The position numbers were made by a program, and so were the translations under genes. Shown here one piece after another: positions 8,924-17,725 of a DNA stretch of 64,000 nucleotides. How positions within the stretch are numbered: position 1 is the first letter of the stretch; each line of letters begins with the position of its first letter. Source of the DNA: Smithellaceae bacterium (GTDB lineage Bacteria; Desulfobacterota; Syntrophia; Syntrophales; Smithellaceae); NCBI GenBank assembly GCA_963667845.2, contig CAXXVL010000001.1:672001-736000 (forward strand), read 5' to 3'. A model generated the notes under the pieces. The model made no database searches, was not told the DNA's origin, and saw only the letters and a list, made by a program, of their open reading frames with translations.

Positions 8924-9421
8924 TTATTTGCCTTGTTCCTCGATCCACGATTCGTGAGAATGCAGAATCTTCCAGCCCTCCTGCTCTTTTTTTCAGATTA
9001 TCGTATAAACATGCTTGGATTTGATATTCTTTCCATCTTTAAAAAGCATCTCCGATTTGTTTTGGCTTGTCATCAGAGCCAAGTTTGGCGCCAGTGCAGT
9101 AACTCGCACTGCGACGGGCTCCAGGTGTTGACGTTCTCTCATGGAGAAGTATTTTGTTATGGTGTCCACCCATGTGTTTCGATCTGTGTAATAATCTGTC
9201 CCGGCGATAGCTGACAAAAACTCATCCCTGCTGTAAAATTTCGACCATGCTTCAGCATTTTTCTGGTTGATAACGGAGGCCAGCGCGGCGAACTGATCCT
9301 GGACTTCTTTTTTTACCGCATCTTTTTCCGTGTCTGTGAAGGCTTGTTTTGACTGTTGACTGCAGGCACCCAGAAGAAGAACAAGGAAGACGACCCACGT
9401 GATTCGAAAAACCGATTTCAT
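8924..9421 (-). pseudogene. NTF2/SnoaL-like (DUF4440-type) lipoprotein with in-frame TGA at 8993-8995
   Basis: Lipobox LGAC; after HVYTII* the frame continues KKEQEGWKILHSHESWIEEQGK, a typical NTF2-like C-terminal strand. Confidence 0.75.
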
Positions 9422-9782
9422 GATAAGCTCCTTTCATTTTGCAAAAGTTGACGAGTTTGTGATTCTCTGCTGCAGATGAGGGCGGAGGCGATTTTGTCTG
9501 CGTCGCTTTTTCCCGAGACCGCTTTGGACATCATTCATCGTCTCCTCTTTGGAACACGTCGATACTGAGAGTTTAACCTTATGCCGTGATACGCGTAAAT
9601 GCATTCAGCAGATGGTACTTTCACGCACAACCGATTTAAAGTCAAGACGTGATGGGCATATCTAAACACAGTTCCGATTGCGCCTTGAAAACCGAACCGC
9701 TAAGCGGTATGGTAGCAAAGATTCGGTCCGCTGTCGTTTGAATGGACCGCAGGATGAATGCACTGAAGATGAGGTAATGCCG

Positions 9783-10220
9783 ATGAAATATAAAATCTGG
9801 ATACTGGCGGGTTTGCTGGTGATCATGCCCTTTCTGACCCGAGCGGCGGAATATGATCCCCGGAAAGGTGCCCGGGGGACGGTTATTCTCGAGACGGAAA
9901 CCATGATCAATGGCCAGCCGATCGATTATCTGGATACGGAACGACCGCATGTCACTGCGATGATCGTGGATATTGCTCCCGGCGGACAGACGGGATGGCA
10001 CAGTCACGCCATGCCGGTTTATGCTTATCTGATGACCGGACAACTTACGGTGAAGGTGGAAGACGGAAAAACGATGGAGTTGAAAGAAGGAAATGCGTTC
10101 GTCGAGGTCGTCAAATTGAAACATAACGGCATCAACAACGGGCAAACTCCCGTGAAGCTCGTTGTATTTTATCTGGGTGAGAAAGGCACGCCGATTGTGA
10201 CGTGGCCGGACAAACCGTGA
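9783..10220 (+). CDS. Exported cupin-domain protein
   Basis: Signal peptide; cupin motifs PGGQTGWHSH and EVVKLKHNGINNG. Confidence 0.88.
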   Translation: MKYKIWILAGLLVIMPFLTRAAEYDPRKGARGTVILETETMINGQPIDYLDTERPHVTAMIVDIAPGGQTGWHSHAMPVYAYLMTGQLTVKVEDGKTMELKEGNAFVEVVKLKHNGINNGQTPVKLVVFYLGEKGTPIVTWPDKP

Positions 10221-10244
10221 ATAGTGGATAGTGGATCTTTTTCT

Positions 10245-10664
10245 CTATTCGCCGATGATCTTTACCAGAACTCTTTTTCGGCGCAGACCGTCAAACTCGC
10301 CGTAGAAGATCTGCTCCCAGGGGCCGAAGTCCAGCGCGCCGCGGGTCACGGCAACGACAACTTCCCGCCCCATGATCTGCCGCTTGAGATGGGCGTCGCC
10401 GTTGTCTTCGCCCGTCCGGTTATGGCGATAGCGCGAAACAGGCTCATGCGGGGCAAGACCTTCCAGCCATTCTTCGTAGTCCTGATGCAAACCGGATTCA
10501 TCGTCGTTGATAAAGACGGACGCCGTGATGTGCATCGCATTGACGAGAAGAAGTCCTTCCTGGATGCCGCTTTCTTTCAGACACGTTTCAACCTGTGGCG
10601 TGATGTTGATGAACGCTCTTCGTTTGGAGATATTGAACCAGAGCTCTTTTCTATAGGTTTTCAT
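10245..10664 (-). CDS. yjbQ: YjbQ/UPF0047 family protein (secondary thiamine-phosphate synthase family)
   Basis: [37 protein letters not shown]. Confidence 0.92.
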   Translation of the reverse strand: MKTYRKELWFNISKRRAFINITPQVETCLKESGIQEGLLLVNAMHITASVFINDDESGLHQDYEEWLEGLAPHEPVSRYRHNRTGEDNGDAHLKRQIMGREVVVAVTRGALDFGPWEQIFYGEFDGLRRKRVLVKIIGE

Positions 10665-10681
10665 GAAAGCATGTGACCCGT

Positions 10682-11917
10682 TCAGTTTTCCCGACAATAT
10701 TTTTCGATTTCTTCTGCGACCTTTTTGGCAAAGGCCACTGCCTCGACGACTGTTTTGGGTCCCGTGACGATGTCGCCTGCGGCAAATACTCCCGGAGAAG
10801 AGGTATGCCCGTTTTCATCGGCGTCGACGAGGCCGCGCTGCGTTTTGGAAACGCTGCTTTCGGTCATGACGGCGCCCTGGGGCCCCTGGCCGATAGCGAC
10901 AATGATCGCATCGGCGGGAATGGTTCGGACCCGCGAGAAATCTTCTTCGTAGACAGTTCCCGTCTCCGTTTTTTCAGCGTTTACGGCAATGCATTTTACA
11001 CCATCATCCTCCAGCTTAATGGCCTGCTGGAGATGGATAAACGTCACGCCCTCGGAAGCGGCCTCGGCTATTTCACGTTTGTTGCCCGTCATTCCCTCTT
11101 CCAGTAAGCTGTTGATGACCGTGACCGTGCCGCCTTGTTCGATATGGCGGGCGGCAATCCTTGCGGCGTCCAGCGCAACGTTGCCCGCGCCTACGACGAC
11201 GACATGGCGTCCCAGGTAATAAGCCTCCGGGCTTTTGAGATAGTCGATGGCATAGTAGACATTGCCGAGCGTTTCTCCCAGAAGACCAAGCTTGTTGGGT
11301 TTTGCCGTGCCGACCGCAATAAAAATGGCCTTATAGCCGTCAATAAACATGTCATCGAGGGTGATCGACGAACCGATGAACGTATTCGGCTTGAAGCGGA
11401 CATCCAGCTTGCGCAGGATGCCGTCGAATTTGTCGACGATGTCCTTGGGAAGTCTGAATTCGGGAATGCCGTATCTCAGAACACCCCCGATCCTGTCGCG
11501 GGCCTCCATCAATGTAACGCGGAAACCTTTCAGAGACAGCAGGATACTCATCGTTATCCCGGCCGGCCCCGAGCCGATAACCGCCACTCGGTCGGTTTTC
11601 CTTTCGATGGCGGGCGGCTCGTATTCATCGAGGAATTTTCCCGACAGATATTGTTCAATCCTGAAAAACTCAACCGGATCGGATTTTTTGCCAAGGACGC
11701 AATGGCCGGCGCAGTTGCGCTCATGGGGGCAGACGATGGAGCACACCGCGGAAAGGGGGTTGTTGGCAAACAGCATTTCGGCCGCATCCCGTTCCTTGCC
11801 TTCTTTGAAAAGCGTGATGGCATCGGGGATCGGGGTGGAGATGGGACAATGTTTTCTGCATTGAGGAACCTTACACGTGAGACAGCGCGACGATATTTGA
11901 TTAAGCAACGTGGTCAC
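10682..11917 (-). CDS. GltD/SudA-like FAD/NAD(P)H-dependent Fe-S oxidoreductase
   Basis: CxxCxxxxCxxx[52 protein letters not shown] start. Confidence 0.9.
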   Translation of the reverse strand: MTTLLNQISSRCLTCKVPQCRKHCPISTPIPDAITLFKEGKERDAAEMLFANNPLSAVCSIVCPHERNCAGHCVLGKKSDPVEFFRIEQYLSGKFLDEYEPPAIERKTDRVAVIGSGPAGITMSILLSLKGFRVTLMEARDRIGGVLRYGIPEFRLPKDIVDKFDGILRKLDVRFKPNTFIGSSITLDDMFIDGYKAIFIAVGTAKPNKLGLLGETLGNVYYAIDYLKSPEAYYLGRHVVVVGAGNVALDAARIAARHIEQGGTVTVINSLLEEGMTGNKREIAEAASEGVTFIHLQQAIKLEDDGVKCIAVNAEKTETGTVYEEDFSRVRTIPADAIIVAIGQGPQGAVMTESSVSKTQRGLVDADENGHTSSPGVFAAGDIVTGPKTVVEAVAFAKKVAEEIEKYCREN

Positions 11918-11950
11918 ATCCTTATATTTATTTCAGCAAATGTTCTTAAT

Positions 11951-12165
11951 CCAAAGGCTCCGTGGTTTCAAGCACGATTTCGCCCATCTCATGGATCGGT
12001 GCCACCTCGCCAGGATCGGTGCTCAACTATAAGGTCTCACTGGAAATAACCCGTGATCGGCCTTGTCTGTATTAAGGATATCCAAAGGGTCTGGGGCATC
12101 AGACGACTTTTTCACAGGTAGGTCTGTCCCGCTTTCCGGCACCGCTTGATCGATGAAGCCTCTGG
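11951..12165 (-). ncRNA. Candidate structured RNA / 5' leader of unknown class
   Basis: 11-bp closing stem CCAGAGGCUUC/GGAGCCUUUGG is fully paired (two G-U) only on the minus strand; further internal stems; ends 33 nt before the GTG of the GltD-like gene. Confidence 0.6.
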
Positions 12166-12254
12166 TAAAAATCTAATTAACTTTACAAGCTTATCGCCTT
12201 ATGCTATGAGGCAAAAAAATAAGCAAGATTATCTTTTTTTGAGGTGTAAAAAAT

Positions 12255-13004
12255 ATGTCCGGCCATTCCAAATGGAGTACGATTAAAAGAAAAAAGGGGG
12301 CGATTGACGCCAAACGCGGTAAGATATTTACCAAAATCATCAAGGAAATCACTCTGGCGGCGCGGCTGGGCGGCGGCGATATTGAAGGTAATTCCCGGCT
12401 GAGGCAGGCGGTTCTGGCGGCCAAAGAAGAAAATATGCCCAAGGATAATATCGACAGGGCGATCAAAAAGGGCATAGGCGGCGGCGACGGCGCGGCCGCC
12501 TACGAAGAAATCACGTATGAAGGCTACGGTCCGGGCGGGGCGGCCGTCATTGTTGAAGTCATGACGGACAATAAGAATCGAACCGTCGCGGAAATTCGCC
12601 ATAGCTTTTCCAAGCATGGCGGCAACCTGGGTGAAAACGGCTGCGTGGCCTGGATGTTCGCGAAGAAGGGCAGTATCGTCATTGATAAAAAAGCGGCTGA
12701 TGAAGACGCGTTGATGGAACTGGCGCTGGAAGCCGGAGCCGAAGACGTGAAGGCGGAAGATGACGAATACGAAGTCATTACGGAACCGGCGGCTTTTGAA
12801 GCAGTGAAGAAGGCCATCGACGCCAAAGGCATCAAACATCTGGAGGCGCGCATCAGTATGATTCCATCCAATACGGTAAAGCTCGAAGCGGGCAAGGCGG
12901 AATCCATGCTGAAGCTCATGGAAAAGCTGGAAGACAACGATGACGTGCAGAATGTTTATTCCAATTTTGACATCGATGCAGATGTCATGGAAAAGTTGAG
13001 TTAG
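12255..13004 (+). CDS. yebC: YebC/PmpR family protein
   Basis: [38 protein letters not shown]; upstream of ruvCAB. Confidence 0.97.
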   Translation: MSGHSKWSTIKRKKGAIDAKRGKIFTKIIKEITLAARLGGGDIEGNSRLRQAVLAAKEENMPKDNIDRAIKKGIGGGDGAAAYEEITYEGYGPGGAAVIVEVMTDNKNRTVAEIRHSFSKHGGNLGENGCVAWMFAKKGSIVIDKKAADEDALMELALEAGAEDVKAEDDEYEVITEPAAFEAVKKAIDAKGIKHLEARISMIPSNTVKLEAGKAESMLKLMEKLEDNDDVQNVYSNFDIDADVMEKLS

Positions 13005-13037
13005 GAAACAGACCGCTCTTTAACGAAAGCTGATATT

Positions 13038-13517
13038 TTGCGAATTTTAGGCATCGATCCCGGCAGCCATGTTACAGGGTATGGAGTCATTGATAAGAGC
13101 GGCAACTATCTGCGCCATGTCATGCACGGCGAAATAAAACCACGTAAGGAATCGCGCTTATCTGAAGTTTTAATGGACATCTCGCGCCAGCTGAATGCAG
13201 TCATTGTGGAGACCTCGCCGCAGGCGGTCAGCGTGGAAAATATCTTCTATGGAAAGAATGTTCGCAGTCTGATCCGGCAGGCCCAGGTCCGGGGTGTGGT
13301 GATTTTTACCTGTGCCGAATGCGGCATCCCCGTTTTTGAATATTCGCCGCTGGAGGTTAAGAAGGCGGTTGTCGGTTACGGCCGGGCGGAAAAACGCCAG
13401 GTACAGATGATGGTGAAAGCCATCTTGAAGCTCGATGCCCTGCCGCCGGCGGACGCGGCCGATGCACTGGCCGCCGCTATTTGTCAGGCCAACTTTTTAA
13501 AGGAGCAGCCCGTTTAG
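13038..13517 (+). CDS. ruvC: Crossover junction endodeoxyribonuclease RuvC
   Basis: ILGIDPG, VKKAVVGYGRAEK.QV, DAADALAAA; TTG start. Confidence 0.97.
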   Translation: MRILGIDPGSHVTGYGVIDKSGNYLRHVMHGEIKPRKESRLSEVLMDISRQLNAVIVETSPQAVSVENIFYGKNVRSLIRQAQVRGVVIFTCAECGIPVFEYSPLEVKKAVVGYGRAEKRQVQMMVKAILKLDALPPADAADALAAAICQANFLKEQPV

Positions 13518-13518
13518 C

Positions 13519-14127
13519 ATGATCGCGCTTTTATCCGGTAAACTCGCCTATAAAGGAATCTCGTACATTGTAGTGGATACGCAGGGCGTCGGCTATCGTG
13601 TCTTCATTCCGCTGACAACGTTCTATGAACTTCCGGAGGCGGGCGAGCCTGTAACGCTGCATATTCACACGTCCGTTAAAGAAGACGCGATCAACCTGTT
13701 TGGTTTTTACACGCTGCAGGAGCGGGACCTTTTTCAACTGATGATTTCGGTGAGCGGCATCGGACCGAAAGTCGCCATGAACATCCTTTCGGGAATTTCC
13801 TCTCACGAACTGCTCGAGGCCATCTCCGGAGGCAATCTCGCCAGGCTGATCACCATTCCCGGAATCGGCAGGAAAATGGCCGAGCGCCTGATCCTGGAAC
13901 TCAGGGACAAAGCCGCGAAGAAGATGGCGGCAGATCAGATTCCGGTGACGGATGCGAAGCAGAAACAAAAGGATGCGATGCGGGAAGACGTACTTTCCGC
14001 GCTGGTCAATTTAGGCTATAAAGCGGGTGCCGCGAAGGATACTCTTGATAAGATCATGCGCGATGACGAAGGAGAGCCGATGATGGATCAGCTCTTGAAA
14101 AAAGCGCTGAAAATTCTTGCCGGTTGA
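13519..14127 (+). CDS. ruvA: Holliday junction branch migration protein RuvA
   Basis: GVGYRV, EDAINLFGF, VSGIGPK, PGIGRKMAERLILEL, ALVNLGY. Confidence 0.97.
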   Translation: MIALLSGKLAYKGISYIVVDTQGVGYRVFIPLTTFYELPEAGEPVTLHIHTSVKEDAINLFGFYTLQERDLFQLMISVSGIGPKVAMNILSGISSHELLEAISGGNLARLITIPGIGRKMAERLILELRDKAAKKMAADQIPVTDAKQKQKDAMREDVLSALVNLGYKAGAAKDTLDKIMRDDEGEPMMDQLLKKALKILAG

Positions 14128-14153
14128 GCCCCAGCCGGTCCAGGTGAGACGTT

Positions 14154-15182
14154 ATGGATGCTCATTTAAAAAATCCGTTGATCGACCCGGTTTGCGCCGA
14201 AGACGAAAGCTCTCTGGAAGTCAGTTTGCGCCCGCCGAAGCTCACCGATTATATCGGCCAGGACAAGGTAAAAAGCAACCTGTCCATCTTCATCGAAGCG
14301 GCCCGGAAACGCCGTGAATCGCTCGATCATGTGCTTTTATACGGCCCGCCGGGTTTGGGTAAAACGACGCTGGCCTACATCATTGCCCGGGAACTCGGAG
14401 TGGATATCAAGGTGACGTCCGGTCCGGTCATCGAACGCCCCGGAGATCTGGCGGCGATTCTGACGAACATGCACGAACATGAGGTTTTGTTCATTGATGA
14501 AATCCATCGGCTGTCGCACGTGGTGGAAGAAATCCTCTATCCGGCCATGGAAGATTTTCATATTGATATCCTGATCGGACAGGGGCCGTCGGCCCGGTCG
14601 ATGAAGCTCGATATTCCGAAATTTACGCTGGTGGGTGCGACCACGCGCGCGGGGTCTCTCACCTCGCCGCTTCGCGATCGGTTCGGCATGCACTTCCGGC
14701 TGGAATTCTATACGCCGCAGGAGCTCTCCGTGATCATCCAGAGGTCGGCATCGATTTTAGGGGTAAAGCTCACCTGCGCGGGCGCAGGCGAGCTGGCTTC
14801 GCGGGCGCGCGGCACGCCCAGAATCGCCAACCGGCTGCTCAAACGCGTTCGCGACTACGCGGAAGTCAAAGGCGACGGAACCATTGATGAAGGAATAGCG
14901 CGCGAGGCGCTCACGGCTTTTGAAGTCGATCAGAAGGGGTTTGATCAGATGGACCGCAAACTGCTTCTGGCGTTGATTGAGAAATTCGACGGCGGTCCGG
15001 TCGGCGTGGAGAGCCTGGCGGCGGCGATCGGCGAGGAGCGGGTGACGATAGAAGATGTTTATGAGCCCTATCTGATTCAGGAAGGCTATCTGCAACGGAC
15101 GGCGCGGGGCCGGATGGCGTGTTCCAAAGCGTATGCCCATTTTGGGCTGAAGGCATCGGGCTCTCAAAAGGAACTGTTTTAA
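14154..15182 (+). CDS. ruvB: Holliday junction DNA helicase RuvB
   Basis: [43 protein letters not shown]. Confidence 0.98.
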   Translation: MDAHLKNPLIDPVCAEDESSLEVSLRPPKLTDYIGQDKVKSNLSIFIEAARKRRESLDHVLLYGPPGLGKTTLAYIIARELGVDIKVTSGPVIERPGDLAAILTNMHEHEVLFIDEIHRLSHVVEEILYPAMEDFHIDILIGQGPSARSMKLDIPKFTLVGATTRAGSLTSPLRDRFGMHFRLEFYTPQELSVIIQRSASILGVKLTCAGAGELASRARGTPRIANRLLKRVRDYAEVKGDGTIDEGIAREALTAFEVDQKGFDQMDRKLLLALIEKFDGGPVGVESLAAAIGEERVTIEDVYEPYLIQEGYLQRTARGRMACSKAYAHFGLKASGSQKELF

Positions 15183-15201
15183 GTCCTGGGACGATCGTTT
15201 C

Positions 15202-15729
15202 ATGAAACTGCTGATGCACATTTGCTGCGGACCTTGTACCATCTATCCGCTGAAGGAATTGCGGACCCACGGCCATGACGTGACCGGAATATTTTACAAT
15301 CCCAATATTCACCCTTATTTGGAGTATCAGCACCGCGGGCAGACGCTCCGGGATTATGCTGAAAAAAGCCTACTGACGGTCCTCTGGCCGGAAGGATATC
15401 TTCTGGAGGAATTTTTACGGCAGGTGGCAGCGCGGCCCGAAGACCGTTGCGTCTATTGTCTGACAAGCCGTTTGGAATACACGGCCCGGCAGGCGAAGAA
15501 AGATAATTATGACGCCTTTACATCCACCTTGCTTTACAGCCGTTATCAGAAGCACGATCTGATTCATGAGATTGGTGAGACGCTGGCCCGCCAGTTGGGG
15601 ATCCCTTTCCTCTATCAGGATTTCCGCGAAGGCTGGAATGAAGGGGGCAGGATTTCCCGGGAGTTGGGGATGTATCGTCAGCCCTATTGCGGCTGCATTT
15701 ATAGTGAAAAGGAAAGATTCCATAAATAA
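15202..15729 (+). CDS. queH: Epoxyqueuosine reductase QueH (DUF208)
   Basis: HICCGPC, FYNPNIHP, RC..C, TSTLLYS, YRQ.YCGC. Confidence 0.92.
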   Translation: MKLLMHICCGPCTIYPLKELRTHGHDVTGIFYNPNIHPYLEYQHRGQTLRDYAEKSLLTVLWPEGYLLEEFLRQVAARPEDRCVYCLTSRLEYTARQAKKDNYDAFTSTLLYSRYQKHDLIHEIGETLARQLGIPFLYQDFREGWNEGGRISRELGMYRQPYCGCIYSEKERFHK

Positions 15730-15929
15730 ATCATCATCTTTGTATGCGTGGCTCTTGATTTTGCTATCTGTGTTGTTTGGAACACAAACCCGGCCTGCTG
15801 ATCATTATTTTTTTGCAGGATATCTATTAAAACTTTAATAATTACATATTGTTGCATATTTCGCATTGACTGCCGTTAAATGGTATGCTTATTGCACTAC
15901 CAATTCACGATTTCTATTAAAGGTTAAAC

Positions 15930-16859
15930 ATGCATTTGCAGCGTACACTGAAAAAAGAATTATATTGCTCCAGTATCGGTTTGCACACCGGCCGTAAGGT
16001 CAATATGACCATTAAGCCGGCATCTGTCGATACAGGCATTATTTTCGTCCGTAAAGATCTGCCCGATGCCCGGCCGATTCCGGCGGATTTCAAGATGGTT
16101 TGCGATACGACACTGGCAACGTCTCTGGGATACGACGGAGTTACGGTATCTACCGTAGAGCATATTTTGTCGGCGTTCAGCGGAATGGGGCTTGATAATG
16201 CCGTGATCGAACTCGATTCTTTTGAAGTGCCGATTATGGACGGAAGCTCCCGCCCGTTTGTCGACATGCTCAAAAGAGTGGGAACGCGGACGCAGGGTAA
16301 ATCAAAGAAAATGCTGGTTATTAAGAAACCGGTTTCCGTAAAAGACGGTGAAGGAAGCGCCATGCTGCTGCCGTCCAACGAGTTTAAGATCACCTACGAA
16401 ATTGAGTTTGCTCACCGGGCCATCGGGAATCAATCCTACAACCTAATTTTTTCCGACAAGAATTATGAAGATCATATTTGCGGCGCGAGAACCTTCGGCT
16501 TCCTCAAAGAAGTTGAATTTCTGCAGGCCAGAGGATTGGGGCTGGGGGGGTCTCTGGATAATGTGATCATTCTCGACGATGAAAAAATCGTCAACAAAGA
16601 CGGTTTGCGCGTGCCCGATGAGTTCGTCAGGCATAAAATTCTTGATGCCATAGGAGATCTGTTTTTACTGGGTATGCCGATTATCGGCCATTTTGTTGCC
16701 TATAAATCGGGTCATCGGCTCAACAATCTTTTGCTGCGCGAACTCATGTGCCATGAGAATAGCTGGGAAATCATCACGGAGGATGATCAGCAGCAATCCG
16801 CTACCTTCACATCCTGCAAGATTCCTTCGTTTACGATTCTGGATGCCGTTCCGGTCTGA
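15930..16859 (+). CDS. lpxC: UDP-3-O-acyl-N-acetylglucosamine deacetylase
   Basis: QRTL, GLHTG, TVEH, EVPIMDGS, ARTFGF, HKILDAIGDL, KSGH. Confidence 0.97.
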   Translation: MHLQRTLKKELYCSSIGLHTGRKVNMTIKPASVDTGIIFVRKDLPDARPIPADFKMVCDTTLATSLGYDGVTVSTVEHILSAFSGMGLDNAVIELDSFEVPIMDGSSRPFVDMLKRVGTRTQGKSKKMLVIKKPVSVKDGEGSAMLLPSNEFKITYEIEFAHRAIGNQSYNLIFSDKNYEDHICGARTFGFLKEVEFLQARGLGLGGSLDNVIILDDEKIVNKDGLRVPDEFVRHKILDAIGDLFLLGMPIIGHFVAYKSGHRLNNLLLRELMCHENSWEIITEDDQQQSATFTSCKIPSFTILDAVPV

Positions 16860-17094
16860 CGGTTTCGGCTGAATCATTAATATTAATCCACTCTAAATTA
16901 AACTTGATTTTTATCGACGGGTTACCTAAGATACTCCATTAAAAATTTGGCAGTCTCTGAATGGCTTTCATGGATAAGCATTCCCTGAAAGAAACTCTGC
17001 GGGAAAATGAGCGTGGATGTCGCCTTATTTTCGGCTGGGATTGAAATTTTCCGGACGCGAATCGTCGGATTTTCATGGAAAGAAATTGGAATAT

Positions 17095-17682
17095 ATGAAA
17101 ACGCATAACGGTTTTTTTCAAAGAAAGCTGTTCGGCATCTTTTTATGTCTTGTCATGACGGTGGCCGCGATGCCCTTTTCTGCAAAGGCGGCTATAGAAC
17201 CCCGAATGGTTGATATCCTGATATCCAGCAATACGCAAAATGTGCTTTTGTATGCGCGCCTGGTGGATTGCTTTAAGCCGGAAATGGAGGCCGCCATTCT
17301 GGCGGGTGTTCCCGCGATTTTTACGCTCCAGTTGGATGTCTATCAGGAACGGTCCTATTTATGGAACAAACAGATTATCAGTAAAGAAATCCGCCGTACG
17401 ATTAAATATGACAATTTGAAAAAGATATTTTCGATTACCACAAACGGCAACAATCAACCGGCGGTTTTGCCGGATTTTGAAAGCGCTCAGAAGGCCATGG
17501 CGGATTTGAACGGCATTTCCGTTGTCCCGCTGGCCTCCCTGACCAAGGGGAATAATTATTATGCTCAGCTCAAAGTCAAAATCGACAAAGTCCGATTGCC
17601 GCTCTATATGGAATATGTCTTCATCTTCGTTTCGTTGTGGGATTTTGAAACACCGTTATACAAGATAAGGTTTTCGTATTAG
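17095..17682 (+). CDS. DUF4390 domain exported protein
   Basis: Signal peptide; AILAGVP..F and WDFET motifs; typical position upstream of ntrY-ntrX. Confidence 0.75.
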   Translation: MKTHNGFFQRKLFGIFLCLVMTVAAMPFSAKAAIEPRMVDILISSNTQNVLLYARLVDCFKPEMEAAILAGVPAIFTLQLDVYQERSYLWNKQIISKEIRRTIKYDNLKKIFSITTNGNNQPAVLPDFESAQKAMADLNGISVVPLASLTKGNNYYAQLKVKIDKVRLPLYMEYVFIFVSLWDFETPLYKIRFSY

Positions 17683-17725
17683 GTCGTCCATTCGATTTTT
17701 GCGGGGAAGCTGATCAAATCAACTG

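Noticed and set aside
8924..9421. Genome-wide TGA recoding (genetic code 4 or 25)
   Set aside because: Many genes here end in TGA at expected positions (SDR, hisF, ruvA, lpxC, queD).
11951..12165. Assignment as a cobalamin or lysine riboswitch, tracrRNA or retron msr-msd
   Set aside because: Only short word matches (CGGGACAG, GAGACCU, AGAGG, GUGGCACCGA). The AGGGAA/GGGAAG and GAAAGG/GCCGAA cores are absent and no Cas or RT gene is nearby.
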